From positions 62,001 to 126,000 of the forward strand of contig JAPEUD010000045.1 of NCBI GenBank assembly GCA_026026165.1: a stretch of DNA of 64,000 nucleotides, read 5' to 3'. How positions within the stretch are numbered: the stretch's first letter is position 1; each line of letters starts with the position of its first letter. Of this stretch, positions 37,707 to 49,918 are shown piece by piece. The notes beneath the pieces are model-generated. The model worked only from the letters and a program-made list of their open reading frames with translations. It was not told the origin of the DNA and made no database searches. Position numbers and translations under genes: made by a program. This DNA comes from Sarea resinae (Eukaryota).

Positions 37707-38335
37707 CTCTACTCTAGATAGCTCCTGAAATACAGCCACTTGGAACTTTATACTCATCCATCTCTTCTGTTCTTATCTTATTCACCTAACCTGATTCATG
37801 TATTTCTCTTATATACCTCCCAACTGCAAGCTAGACACTAGACACTGGGTCACTAGATGCCTAGAGACTAGACACTAGACACTAAATACGTAATACTGAA
37901 TACCAGAAACTAGATCCCGAGTCCTGATGCTTAAATACAAGAGATATGCAAAAATCCCCCCAAAAAAGAAACTATAGACATCTAAACACTTCCACTTCCC
38001 CCCATCCGAAGGATAGATACTACAGAAAGATAAGAGGAAATCCAAAAAAAAAAAAAAAAAAAATGCCAGACGCGAGACAGAACCCACCAGATGCCCACCC
38101 AGCGCGCAAACGCTGACGCAGACGCTGACGCTGGACAAGATGTGAGACAAGACGCAAGACGGCAAAGAAAAAGTCCCTAAAAAAAACACCCTACCGGGCC
38201 ACCAACCGTCCAAGTAAGCCCATTCATTCACTCACTCACTCACTCACTACACACCCTATCCCACCTCATCCCGTCCCATCTCAACCCATCCCATCTCATC
38301 CCATCTCATCTACCATCCCCAAACACAGCCCACAC

Positions 38336-40990
38336 TCAGACCGTTCGGCCCCCACAATCAGGCAACTTGACGCCATCCTTGAGCGCCCTATCGACCGTAA
38401 AGAGCCCCCACTGGTCCTCCCAGCCTCGCCCCTTGGAATCAAACTGCACCTTCCAGGGCTCGTCAAAGGCCTCGAACCAGAAATACTGCGTGCCGTTGCT
38501 CAAGCTAGCGCAGACCCAGTCATCGAGGAAGACGTTGAGGCCGGCGACGCCGGCGACGCTGCCGGTGCTGGACGTGCAGGATGAGGATGTGGAGGCGCAG
38601 TTGGTGCCGCCGGCCGTCGGCCAGCCGACTTCGCTGATGATGGATTTCTTCTGCGTCGCTCCCGTCGAAGACGACGAGGATGCCAAAGATGCCGACGAGG
38701 CTTCAGCGTCGGCATCGGAAGAAGAAGAGGAAGAAGATTTGCTGGCGAGGATGACGTCGTGGTCCTGCCAGAACTGCCAGGTCCAACTGGCCGCCTGGGG
38801 GGCAGGCACACCGCCGAAAAAGGGATGGACGTTCGACATGACGACGTCGACCTTTTCCGCCAGATTCGCCGTCCAATCATCGCCCAAGTCGGATGTAGCC
38901 AGCGGGAGATCCATCTTCATATCCGTGAGGTTGCTTTTGACGCCCTCCAGTACAGATGCGAGCTGTGTCTCGGTCATGTCCTTGCGATACAGCACCTCGT
39001 TGCCCACAATGACGCCCGCAAAGTGATCGCTGCCATAATGGTTCAAGAGCGTATACATCTGGTCGAGTTGACGCGTGTTGGTGGTGGCGTTGTTTTCGAG
39101 CCAGACGCCTAGCCAGATCTTCATGGAGGAATTGAGGCCCAGGTGGTCGATGGCGGCCAGGACCATCTCTGTTTGATTGCAGTCGGTGCCGTAAAGGCGG
39201 ACGGCATTTGTGAGTTGGGAGAGAACAGCGACGTCTTTGGTGACATTATTCTGATTCGCGGGGTTGGTGAGGCAGGCTGGGTACTGGGCGTTCATGGGGG
39301 TGTAGTCCATGCCCGGAAAGACTTTGTGGAGGGCCGTGTTGTTCATCAGAGACTTAATGGCTGGGGAGTCTGCATTCAAATAGCCGTTGTTCGTGTTCTT
39401 GGTTGAAGATGATGCTTGGCCGGATGAGGAACTGCTTTTTCGAGATCCAAGAACGCCTCCTACTGCACCGCCTACAATGGCCGCAATAAGGACCACGGCA
39501 ACGAAGATTCCGACAAGCCATTTTAGCCTCTTGTTGCCCGAATTTTGGTGATTGAGCCATTCGCTCTTCTCCAAATTCCCATCGCTATTGTTATACCGAG
39601 GACTGTCCGTTCCTGGGACGAGACCATATTGGCCACTCTGGGTATTCCTCGCTCCACTCCCACTGACCAACCTTTTCACGCCGAAGATACCCCCTAGCGA
39701 GCCAGCCACTCCACTGGCTACGGCACCACCAGCCACATGGCCAGCCCCCAAGCTCTTGCTGCTGTCTGTTGCCTTCCCAAGACTCAATATTGATTTACGT
39801 TGCGAAGGCTCCTCCTGTAGCCCATCCTCTCCATCATCGGCAATGTCTTCTGGATCAATGCCGGAGCCCGCTTGACCGACTCGCGGATCCCACATAGATG
39901 TGTATCGAGCATATGGATGGTCTGCATAGTGGGCCGTGCCGTCGTTTATAAAATGCCCCTGTGAAGTGTCCGAATGTTGTGACATGGGATCGGATAGGCG
40001 ATTCGTCGGCGATGGGAGAGGGGGTGAGGCAAGCGCTGGAGCAGTAGCAGCCGCGCCTAGTGGCACATTCGACGAGTATGACTCTCTATTTCGCGATCCA
40101 TGAGATAGTGGCCGAGGAGCATATGGAGAGTCTGAGTCAATCGGATCAAATTCTCTTTCGGCAGGATCCATGTGCACATCGCTGGGAGTTCCGAATGCTC
40201 GTGTGGGATTTATGATTCCGATGTCACGCAGGGCTTGGAGGCCACTTTCGCGCTCGTTACGGTTGGCGACCCCTGTTGCGATCCCATTTATGCCACCACC
40301 CGCAGCGCCATCTCCAAGATTGTCCATCCCAGGAGTCGTAGTCGAAGCTGTCCGTGTGGATGTAGAATAACCAAGCTCCCTACCCCAATATCTACCGTCA
40401 TCATCGGGCTCTCTATCTTGGGGTAGGATCTTTGTATAGGTATGAGGAGGAGGCGGTGGTGCTTGTGAGTCGGTGGAGTAGAGAGGAACAGTAGGGAGAG
40501 GTTTTCTGGGTTGTGCTGGAATTGCTTTTGCCATTGTACTTGGAGCCCAGGTACTCGATGCAGGAGGCATATATGCTCTCCGGGGTTCCTGTTGGAAAGA
40601 CTCTTCGGGATGAGTGGGAGCATTATGATCCAAACCCGAGAAGCTGTTGTATCGGTCAAGTTGTTGTGCATCCGGCTCTTGTTTTCTGACAGGACCTCCA
40701 TACGTGGGGCCTCTCCCATTAGCTCTCGAATCCTCCTGCCGCCTGTACGATGCCTGTCGGTAGATGGACGGTTTAGAGCTGTACGTTGAAGAGAGCGGGC
40801 TGACAGCAGCCGTTCGTGGTGGTGGCGATGCATTCAAGGGCGGTGGTGTTATCTGGAGCCCTCGTGTGGGGCTCGGACTGTCTCGGTATCTTTGCGGATA
40901 CGGCTCATGCTCGTCGTCTTCAGCGTAGTGCTGTGGCGGTCCGTCATCGTGGTAGTCAAAGGAAAATGTTCGATGACTTGGCTGTGCCAT
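38336..40990 (-). CDS. btgC: GH17 endo-1,3-beta-glucanase/glucanosyltransferase, type II membrane protein (BtgC/Bgt3)
   Basis: 884-aa ORF with a long cytosolic N-terminus (TTPGMDNLG, EKSEWL), one TM helix and a GH17 domain (VRLYGTDC, VGNEVLYR, ISEVGWP, FEAFDEPWK). Confidence 0.92.
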   Translation of the reverse strand: MAQPSHRTFSFDYHDDGPPQHYAEDDEHEPYPQRYRDSPSPTRGLQITPPPLNASPPPRTAAVSPLSSTYSSKPSIYRQASYRRQEDSRANGRGPTYGGPVRKQEPDAQQLDRYNSFSGLDHNAPTHPEESFQQEPRRAYMPPASSTWAPSTMAKAIPAQPRKPLPTVPLYSTDSQAPPPPPHTYTKILPQDREPDDDGRYWGRELGYSTSTRTASTTTPGMDNLGDGAAGGGINGIATGVANRNERESGLQALRDIGIINPTRAFGTPSDVHMDPAEREFDPIDSDSPYAPRPLSHGSRNRESYSSNVPLGAAATAPALASPPLPSPTNRLSDPMSQHSDTSQGHFINDGTAHYADHPYARYTSMWDPRVGQAGSGIDPEDIADDGEDGLQEEPSQRKSILSLGKATDSSKSLGAGHVAGGAVASGVAGSLGGIFGVKRLVSGSGARNTQSGQYGLVPGTDSPRYNNSDGNLEKSEWLNHQNSGNKRLKWLVGIFVAVVLIAAIVGGAVGGVLGSRKSSSSSGQASSSTKNTNNGYLNADSPAIKSLMNNTALHKVFPGMDYTPMNAQYPACLTNPANQNNVTKDVAVLSQLTNAVRLYGTDCNQTEMVLAAIDHLGLNSSMKIWLGVWLENNATTNTRQLDQMYTLLNHYGSDHFAGVIVGNEVLYRKDMTETQLASVLEGVKSNLTDMKMDLPLATSDLGDDWTANLAEKVDVVMSNVHPFFGGVPAPQAASWTWQFWQDHDVILASKSSSSSSSDADAEASSASLASSSSSTGATQKKSIISEVGWPTAGGTNCASTSSSCTSSTGSVAGVAGLNVFLDDWVCASLSNGTQYFWFEAFDEPWKVQFDSKGRGWEDQWGLFTVDRALKDGVKLPDCGGRTV

Positions 40991-42185
40991 TATAGGCTTT
41001 GCATAGGCTTCTGGACCGGAGCCAAATAGAATGCTTCAGCACCTTCAGGCGTAATCATGAAGTTTCGAGTCTGAGAATATCAGCGACGTATCCAATTGCA
41101 TTAGCAGGGAGGATTTGTGGGTGGTTACTGAGGCAGTGATAACAGCAGTCAAGCACTCTCGTGAAGCAATGCAAGCAGAAAGTCTCTGAACAGGTTCCCT
41201 AGAAGGTAATCGTAATCGTAATCGTAATAGTGAGCCTCGTAATCGTAATCGTGAGGTTCAAATGTTCAAGTCATGACATAGCATTATAGAACGCAGCGAA
41301 AGAAGTCATGAGCCACAAATAATGCGGAAGAGAGAGACAGGGTTCAGGACGACGGAAGGACGAGACAATCGAATTTCTTTCTGCCGCCATGACAAACTAG
41401 AGGGCAATGTCTTTTCCCAGTTTCCATTGTTGGGCTTTTGCTCCTTTGGGCGTAGTGCGAGGTTCCCCCGCCAGCTGAGCCGGGCAAGCGAGCCATCCAC
41501 GCGCGATGTGATCACCCAAGCAACAATAGCTGCAGACGACGGATTACAGTAATAGAGTACGAAGTAGCTCCGCCATGATCCCACTCTTTCTATGAATAGC
41601 GGATGCCGCAGGGGCACGTGGCGAAACCAAACAATCACTAGAGCGAGCACTATGTACTCCCGCTATCCTAGTACAACATCAGGCAATCAAGTAGCGGAGT
41701 GAAAAACACCTTTTCTAAGCTATAGCAACCTATTGACATCGTGTGCTGATAGCATCCCATCCAGATCCCCGTTTCCAGTGCTCATCCATGCTTGTAAATG
41801 CACGCCACCCTTCACCTCCCTCTGCCTATCGGACAAGGAACATTTTGTCGTTGGATCCTTGAAAAGACATAGATTGACGGGCAAAGGGTCCGACGCGACA
41901 GGAAAGACAACCAAACCATGAGTACATAAAGAAAAAGGCATTACTACCCGGCTTCAGATCAGCAGAGCTCGAAGTGTATGAACAGTTGAAGATTCCATTT
42001 CCTTAGCAGTCACGACATATTCCAGCTCAACCATCAGATACAAAAGACCAACGCCCCAAGTGAGACGACGGCATACGCCTTGAGCTTTACGTGACATCGC
42101 CATAGAGTAGATCATACCAGCGGTAGTTGCTATCGATCGTTAGTGGAAGGAATCATCATCACGAGGCGAAGACCTACAAGAGCGT

Positions 42186-42776
42186 CTACAGTCTGGAGCC
42201 ATGAACGACCTTGTAGTCAACAGCCAACTCACGGCCGCCATCGTTGATGACGAGGACACGAACGCTTCCGCGGCCATTGGCAAAGGATTCGTTCAATCTA
42301 GTCCACAATCCACCTTGGTCAATAACGGGAAGACCCTGCTTGACATCACCAGTCTCGGTCATGGCAACAACGCGGCCGTCGTCACGGCAGTCGAGGACAC
42401 GGTATTGCTTGAACACAGGGCCGGACATGTTCTGGACGATGACCGAGGGAGCCGGGTTGGAAATGAAGCTCGACTCCTCGTGGAGTTGCTTGCTGAAGAG
42501 ATCGACACCCAAGTAGCGGTGTTGGCCGGTCTGAGCGGACGTGGTGATGCGAATGATCTGGCAGGGACGACCTTGGAGGATCAGGATATCGCCGATACGG
42601 ATGTGATGGCACGGAATGGTGATGGTGTTTGGCACCGCGCCGCCGCGGGCGGGCTTGGGAGCATCATCCACGTAGATATCATCGCGTTCTGTATGAGGAC
42701 GAAAGATGCGGTCAGCAGCACGATGGAGACCATGACGGAAGGAGTGGTAATGACCATCATCGTCGAAGTAACCCAT
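42186..42776 (-). CDS. hex-1: Woronin body major protein HEX-1 (canonical AUG-initiated form, 196 aa)
   Basis: MGYFDDDG start, eIF5A-like core IPCHHIRIGDILILQGRPCQ..HRYLGVDLF..GPVFKQYRVLD, and C-terminal PTS1 signal SRL. Confidence 0.97.
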   Translation of the reverse strand: MGYFDDDGHYHSFRHGLHRAADRIFRPHTERDDIYVDDAPKPARGGAVPNTITIPCHHIRIGDILILQGRPCQIIRITTSAQTGQHRYLGVDLFSKQLHEESSFISNPAPSVIVQNMSGPVFKQYRVLDCRDDGRVVAMTETGDVKQGLPVIDQGGLWTRLNESFANGRGSVRVLVINDGGRELAVDYKVVHGSRL

Positions 42777-43645
42777 CTTGATTTTACGGTCGGTCTTTCC
42801 GTCGACGGTAGTCTTGGTCTTTTCTACTTTGAATTGCTTGCGAGATTGGGATTCGCGGCGTGGAGGTTCTTCGGCGGCGTAGCTGGCTTGCGTACGCTGA
42901 CGATATTCGCGTTCGGGGACGGCGGTCTCTGAGCCGATGTCTGAGCCGGCGTAGTGAGTAGCAGGTCCGTGGACGATGGGGTACTCTCGGTCGTGTCGTC
43001 GACGAGGGAGGTCGACTTCGATGTGACTCTCAGAGTAGCGTCGATATGGTTCTTGGTAACTATGGTGGGACGATGAATATTAGTGATGAGGTTGGAGAGA
43101 CGAGGTGGAAGTGAGGCGGTTGTTACTGGGTCAACCAGGAAGAGCTAATTTTTCATTGGGCTGGCAATCGAAAAGGGATATGCAATGCGTTGTTCGTACA
43201 GTAGTGCACTAAATTTGGGCACAAAAGTTGTGAAGCAGGGCTGCTCGCAGACTTACCGCTCTTTGGCAAATTGGACCTCGGGATATCGTTCTTGGTGACG
43301 GTAACGGTCAGACTCTTCGTAGACGGTAAAGTCTTCGCGACGCGAGTCTGGTCGGCGGAAGTCTTCTCGACGGCGTGGACGAGGGCGTTCTTCTTCGTAG
43401 ACGTTGACGCTCTCTTGCTCGTACCGAGATCGGTCTCGGTCCTTGCGTGGCGGGAGAGAGGCTTCGAAAGAAGAGTAGCTGGTTTCCTGAGCGTGACCTT
43501 CCCGTCCGACGCGCGAAGCCCGAGAAGGTAGGTCGATTTCAGCTTCCTCTACCTGGACTTGAGTTGCCTCGGTGGTGACAGCGTCGCTCCGGTACGAGGA
43601 CGGGAAGACACTGAAGGGGATCGGGACTCGGGCGTCAAAGTCCAG
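42777..43645 (-). CDS. hex-1: Putative in-frame N-terminal extension of HEX-1 (224 aa, candidate CUG start)
   Basis: Stop-free exons 43645-43257 and 43059-42777 are joined by a phase-2 intron at 43060-43256 (GTAAGT..CTAAT..TAG). No ATG occurs in any frame. Start context is GTCACC-CTG-G. Confidence 0.65.
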
Positions 43646-46600
43646 GGTGACTGGATTTCGGGCGTCCTTTCTCGAATGCCTTTCGAATCGTTATGGAAAC
43701 AATTCAAAAGGAAGACAAGAAAGAACTCTTGCTTCTAAATGAAGAGAGAAAGGTGAGGTAGAAAGCGAACGGGAAGTTCGTGACTACTCCAGTCTTTCAA
43801 TCAAACAAGTAGCAAGTAGCTCTTGGGTGGTGGAAGGGAGAGGTTGCCTGCGACGACTTCCGATTGACGATGACTACTCAATGTTCGATGCAATATGATG
43901 ATGCAAGGTGATTGAATGATTGATGTTGATGATGATGTTGATGGTTCTGCTGATGAGGTAGCGAGGAATGGAAGAAAAGAAGATGGAGGAAGAACGGGCG
44001 TGGAGGTAGGGTGGAGGGGAAGGGGAGTGAGCGGGTGGTTGGGGAAGGGAATGGCTATGGGTGCGCGATACGGGGCGGCGGGCGAGCTCAGTGCTCATCT
44101 CAATCAACAACACACTACAGCGTGAGGTGGTACAGGGGGTGGCAGGTAGACGACACCTGGGCTACAGGGCTGCCGAGGGGACCGAGGACCTTTCAGCTGT
44201 GCGCAGAGTACCAGAACCAGAGTCCTTTCTCACCTTCTGGGCTTACTTCAATACGAGAGGTCCGTGTACCTAATAGTAGTACTCTGAGTACTATGTAGAG
44301 AGGGCATCAACAATTGCTGCTGAGTGAAGAGCCCTGGAGGTACCTTACTCAATGAAGTTCGATAATGATCGGAGCTGCTTTGTGCCAATTTCCGGGGTGC
44401 GCGCGTTGTGTTGTCCTTTGCTGTTTGTTTTGGCAGCCGAGCCAATCATCGTCTCACGTTTAGCTTGCAGCTTCTTTCCCGCCAGTCTCCGTCTACCACA
44501 ACTTCCTTCTCACACTACAGAGTACTACATACTACTGCGCAGTTTGTAGTCTGTCCCAGCCTTCCATCGCGCATCCATCGCATCGCATCGCATCTTACAG
44601 CGCCCCCCCCCCCCCCCCCCCAAAAGGTACTACTCTACTGTGGGTGCACTACTCAGAGCTACTACCACCGGGCCTGCGGATCTTCTTTTCACATGTCTAA
44701 GGTACTAGTAGGTAGCAAGCACTCACTCATTCGTCTTGTTTGGCGTCAGGGATCTGATAGCTTCCTGCGATGTATCTCATCGGGTCGATGTGGATCAGCA
44801 GCCTCTTCAACGAACTTTCTGCTGCGATATCTTCACATCATTGCAAGCTACTTGCTTCTCTGAGCTGTTTCTTCGGTGGTCCAGAACGATGAGATTCCTA
44901 TTGAAGTCGCCCAGCCTGGAGCCTTCCAAAATGCACGGCAGCTCATTGCTCGGGCCTACTATAATATCGCGCACCTGGTCTTCGCAGCGTGGACGTAGCT
45001 GACTGGCCTGAAGGGCTTGTTTCGGGCACAAGTAGAAGCAGTTGTAGAGTATCGAGTGGTAAAGTGTACAAAGACTCCATGGGGAGAGTGTCATCAGATA
45101 TCCATTGTTGGAAAACCAACCGGTCCCACAATTTCTCTATTCCGTATCGCGGCAGACAGCATCAATCGATCGGTCGTTGTCTGTCTCCAGCTGTACGAGT
45201 GCTCTGAGTGAATAATGGAAAGATGTACGCGTACCAATTCGGCTTTGAAGACGCATCTTTAATTGGACGACGTCGAAACAGCCGTACACCGTGGCTGATT
45301 TTGCATTGATCCAATCCTGCCAGACCTGTTCCAAATGAGAGCTCTCTCGCTTACGTCGTCCAGGCAACGCCCAGTGCTCGATGTGTTTGGGCCTCTTCAG
45401 GGGAATTGCCCAAATGAGACAAGACAGCGGAATTTCCCTGACTAGCACTGCTCATAGTACGTTACTACTGCTGAAGCAACGCGACTACTTGTCGCAGATC
45501 AAACCGCTAGGCTATTCCAATCAGAAAATATGTCCCAGGCAAGGAACACGTAAAGAGAGGAAAAAGACTTCCAGTCTTAGAAAACAATCCTGTGTGCATA
45601 ACAGCAGCGCTTCTACAATGCGTCAATAGGGTCTTGTATGTAGGGTGAGTACATCATGATTGTAATCTAACGAGCCTTGCGCTGAATTTGCACAGAAATC
45701 AAATCCAAGGAAATTGTGACCATACGCTCAACTTGGTAATCGATTTCGTATGCACAGAGTGTGGCACTATTAAGAAGGGCTCGGAGCTTGTCCAGATGAC
45801 TGTATTTCTACCCGGCTGATATTGTGTTGAGTTCTATAGCCATCCATTTGCTGCTGGCTTTCGCCTTTTTCAGGAAGAGTCCAAGCTCACTTCGAAAGCC
45901 GCAGTATATCACCATCCGTGGAAAATTGCCCGCCTGCTTGAGTCAATCATGCTCATTACGCCCGTCATTTCAGCAGATGGTACTCGCTCTGAGGCAGTGT
46001 GGGTCTTCGATGCCTCGGGCCCGATCTTATTTCCTCTCGATGTCGAGACGTGGTCGAGGTTTTCCGCTTGGCTACCTCACGCTTCAAATGGATCTCGTGG
46101 TTTTCGGGGCGGATTCTGGGCTCCTCTTTTGAAATATTCCTTTTCATACGCTTTGGCTTCGCCCGTTCATTATACAAGGAGCAATACGTCTGGTGCGATC
46201 AGATCACGTCGATCTATTTTTGTCACGTTTGATCTTGCATTGCTGACACAAGGCGCAAGAGTCCAACCTTGTTTTGTCTCATTGTCTTCTTTCTGGTATT
46301 GAAGCAGCTGGTGACAATCACGAAGATGTTTGAGTGTCCCAGTGTCGGCGATTCAATAGTATACTGGATAGCCATACCTGGCTTAGTCAGCGCTTTCCAC
46401 GGCCCTGGAGTACTCGGGCTTCGTGCTCGATGAACTCCAGATTAACACCTCCACTATCTTGTCCTCACACCGAGTGACCGCACTGACTCTCTCGGTTAGC
46501 GTTTAATTGGACTCCGCCGCACAATGATGATTCCCGAGTGCTCCCCTGGGCATTGCTTGAACCAAGCACCGCGCCCGCGCATCATGGGCGTCACTAAGTC

Positions 46601-49600
46601 ATCATGAAACGTAGTGCTCCGCAGAAACGTTGGGTTTCGGTGTCGCTCCTAACGAGGAGAAGACCTCGAGCACTTGCAATCAGCAAACGGACTGAGAACT
46701 ACAGATGGCTCATGCGAACTTGGGGAGCACGAATCGGAGGGAGACGCCTTTGAAACCGAGAGGTATCTCACCTCAAATTCTCCTACCGCCAGTCATCTAT
46801 GGAGTATCTGACAGGCATCATTATGATGGCGCAGCTGATACTGGACGTACTGATAATAGAGGAAAGCTGTGCACCGATGCTGCTGGTATACAAGGCGCGG
46901 AGACTGAGACAAGATAGCTGGAATTGGGCTCTGCACGCGAAGGTCTTGTAATTCCAGGAGTGCCAATGTTGGCTTCTGGCTGTATGTCCACCTTTTCTAG
47001 CACGAGGAGTGGCGAGATTTATTTAAAATCATTGCCTAAATACCTTGTCCGGCGTTTTCAGATCCTCTTCACACCCATCCGCTTCCTCGTCTCCCTGTAT
47101 CCCTCCTTCGTCTATGGTAAGGCTTGCAAGATCTGGAGCGGCAACAGTGGGTACGCGGTCGCCAGTAGGTTGCTACAAACGTATCAGGTATCTTGTACGC
47201 TGAGCTCGGAGGTTTCTCGATTGCGTTTGAGGGAATCTGAGGCTGGGGTCCAGTGACGGGAAGTCTACCCTTACTACTCCGTAGGTGGCCTTGCTCGTCG
47301 GCATCTTTGTTGCCTACCGACAACGAAATCAGGGGGTATATTTTTGGCAAGCGGACTCTTTCTGTTTGGATGTGAGCATTCTTCGCCGATCTTCTCGTTG
47401 CATATCACGCGCTGTCAATTCACGCAGGGCCACCTAATGCAAGCATCAACTACTGGCCTTCCATTATCAGTAACGCCTTTCCCGGCTTCGGTTTCACGAG
47501 GGTCTTCCAAGCAGCATTGAACTATATCGTCGACACGGTTAATGCGCTATAGGGCCATCGTTGTAGCGTCCAACACCTTTCCGCGCTTTATGCTTGCAGG
47601 CGCGGTTTCTCTTCTAATTGGCCCCATGTACCACAACATCGTCGTAGACTGGGGGAGCGTGATCTTCGATGCGTGGTGGTTCTACTGGTGCTGGTGCCAT
47701 TCGTGGTCTTCCTTTAGGGGCGAAGCATCAGGGCCCAGAGCCAGTGGATTAGGGGAGTCTCCAAGGCTCATAAATGACTGGGTGCAACGAATATATCGGC
47801 CATATTTGGGCCGCATTTAGGGATGAATACATCGATATCGCATAGCACAGACACACACGTATACTTACATACAATCCGGAGTCTCGTGTCGGCGGTCAGA
47901 AAGAAACTGTATAGGGCCATCTACGACACCGACTCAAGCACATGCAACGAGTACTACCTTCGTAAGATGCCTCTCATGATGACGCGAATGAAATACAGGG
48001 CTTGATTGGTACTGTCGATGGTGCTACCAGACCCGGCCTTGATCAGTCGAGGATCAAGTATAGAGCTTCTAGATTCGGCATCGACGGCAGACAAGACGAT
48101 TGCATCCATGCATCCAGGTCTGGATCCTGAGACTGCTGCTAGTCATCCGTTATCAGCTCGGAGAGATCTTACTGATGGCTGGTCTCGTTGGCCTTGTATT
48201 GAAGTTGTTGCTACATATTATAGCCAATGGAGATAAATGAATCGGCATTCAATCAATCATGGGAACTGGGGAAGCATTGTTCTTTGCCAACGGGCATGCC
48301 TGATAATTTACGTTGCTGTACTACATATGGTGATCATCGAGCAACAAAGCTGAGATGGCTTGGGTAGGGAGGTAGGTATCATTGATGCTTCGCATCACCT
48401 CAATCATCTCGGTCTGCCGCATCGGTGCTTAGCAGCGGCTCGTCTCCGCGAGATGGGTCAATGATGACGACAGTGTCTTCGGCTCGTCCCGAAAGATTGG
48501 AAGGCCTCGGACCCTTGAGCGCCCTAGGTAGATGGTACCAGATGATCTACTGAAGTAGGCACGGATTTGATAGCTTGATCCGCCTTACGATGGAAATATC
48601 TCCAGCGACAGCGAATGAGTTGGTGTAATTCGTAGATGGGTTCGATCACTGGCCTCGTGATGCACGACAGATCCATCATTGCCTCGTTCGGTCAGAGCTC
48701 TGAGACGAGTGGGGAGTCTGGAGAGTCTGGAGTTGGGGCGACCACAGGGACGTCCCTTGTATCGATTGTCGAACATTCCTGGTGTGTTGAGGGCCACGTT
48801 GCCCCCGAGGATCAGTGGCAAGATTCACGTACGCAGTACTCCGAGCACTCCCTCGTCCCTCCGAGAAGCACTCGTTCCTTCGGGTTGCCATGGTCGTTGT
48901 TGATTTATCGCCAAAGGGTTCTCTCTCCTTCACGCGTACGAATACTTCCAGTACGCGACTGCAGGCCATTTGCGAAGGTGAGGCAAGCAGCCCAGATCGA
49001 TCCATCATCCTGATTGGGATTGATGCAGTCCACCCTCGCTACTGCACTCACTGCACTCAGTGCACTCACCACCCTCACGACCTACTCCGGAGTACTTCAT
49101 ACACGCACAGGCGCCGAGAGTACTTTGTACACTCCCCTACCCTTACAGCGCAGTGGAAGAGCGGAGAAGCGCCCGTCCCTAACCCTGTTCTTCCCTGCTC
49201 TTGCCCAGTCCGCTGGGCTTCTGTGGCCCGGTCCTTGGCTGAGATCCAGGCGTATTCGTACTATCCATCCTTACCGACCCTCAAATACACCGCAACACCG
49301 CCGCTCCCGCTGCGGTGCCGCTCCTCCCCTCCACTTCACTCCAGTCTACCGTCTACTTGCAGCCCCGTCACAAAACGACTCCCGACCTCACTCTGCGCTC
49401 TCCTGTACGGGTACTTTTGTCTCTCGCTCTTCCGTTGCCACCCCCGGCATCTGCCGCGGCCAGGGATTCTGACCTTCCGCGCTGGTCGAGACCGAACAGG
49501 AAAGCGGAAAGGTGATTGTGGGGTTCAGGCATCGATCAGGCCGCTGCGGACCTCCTTGGCTCACGACCATCCTCGCCGACAGCCAACACACGAACACAGT

Positions 49601-49918
49601 CCTTTCACTTTTCACCAAAACAAACAGACCGACTCAGTCCGAGAATATATATTACCATATCTGTAAGTGGCTGCTCCAGCACTCGGTTGTACTGCATGTT
49701 ACTACCGTTACTGTTGAATCTCAAGAACTGCGGTCCCCGATCGATCGCTCTCTCTCGTCATGGAGGCTGACACTTGTACCAAGTACCTACCTGTCAGCTT
49801 GAGCACGTGTGCCCCACCTACATCACTGCATCCCAATCCTCGACCTCTGCAGCAAATCATAACCCGACATCTACAAATTTCTTGTGGTCAAGGCCCGCCC
49901 AAAGGGTCGAATTCTGCG

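Noticed and set aside
42201..42932. Long antisense ORF over hex-1 (and similar ones over other GC-rich genes)
   Set aside because: Expected shadow of biased codon usage on the sense strand.
44400..49600. Short ORFs and possible exon fragments between hex-1 and the mixed-charge gene (e.g. 46900-47350 minus, 48815-49666 plus)
   Set aside because: No recognisable domain, transposase motif or consistent splice model; a decayed gene cannot be excluded.
49760..49918. Upstream in-frame ATG of the mixed-charge protein
   Set aside because: Probably lies inside a 5'UTR intron (GTAAGT at 49663, CTGAC ~49768, AG ~49782-49797); the peptide looks non-coding.
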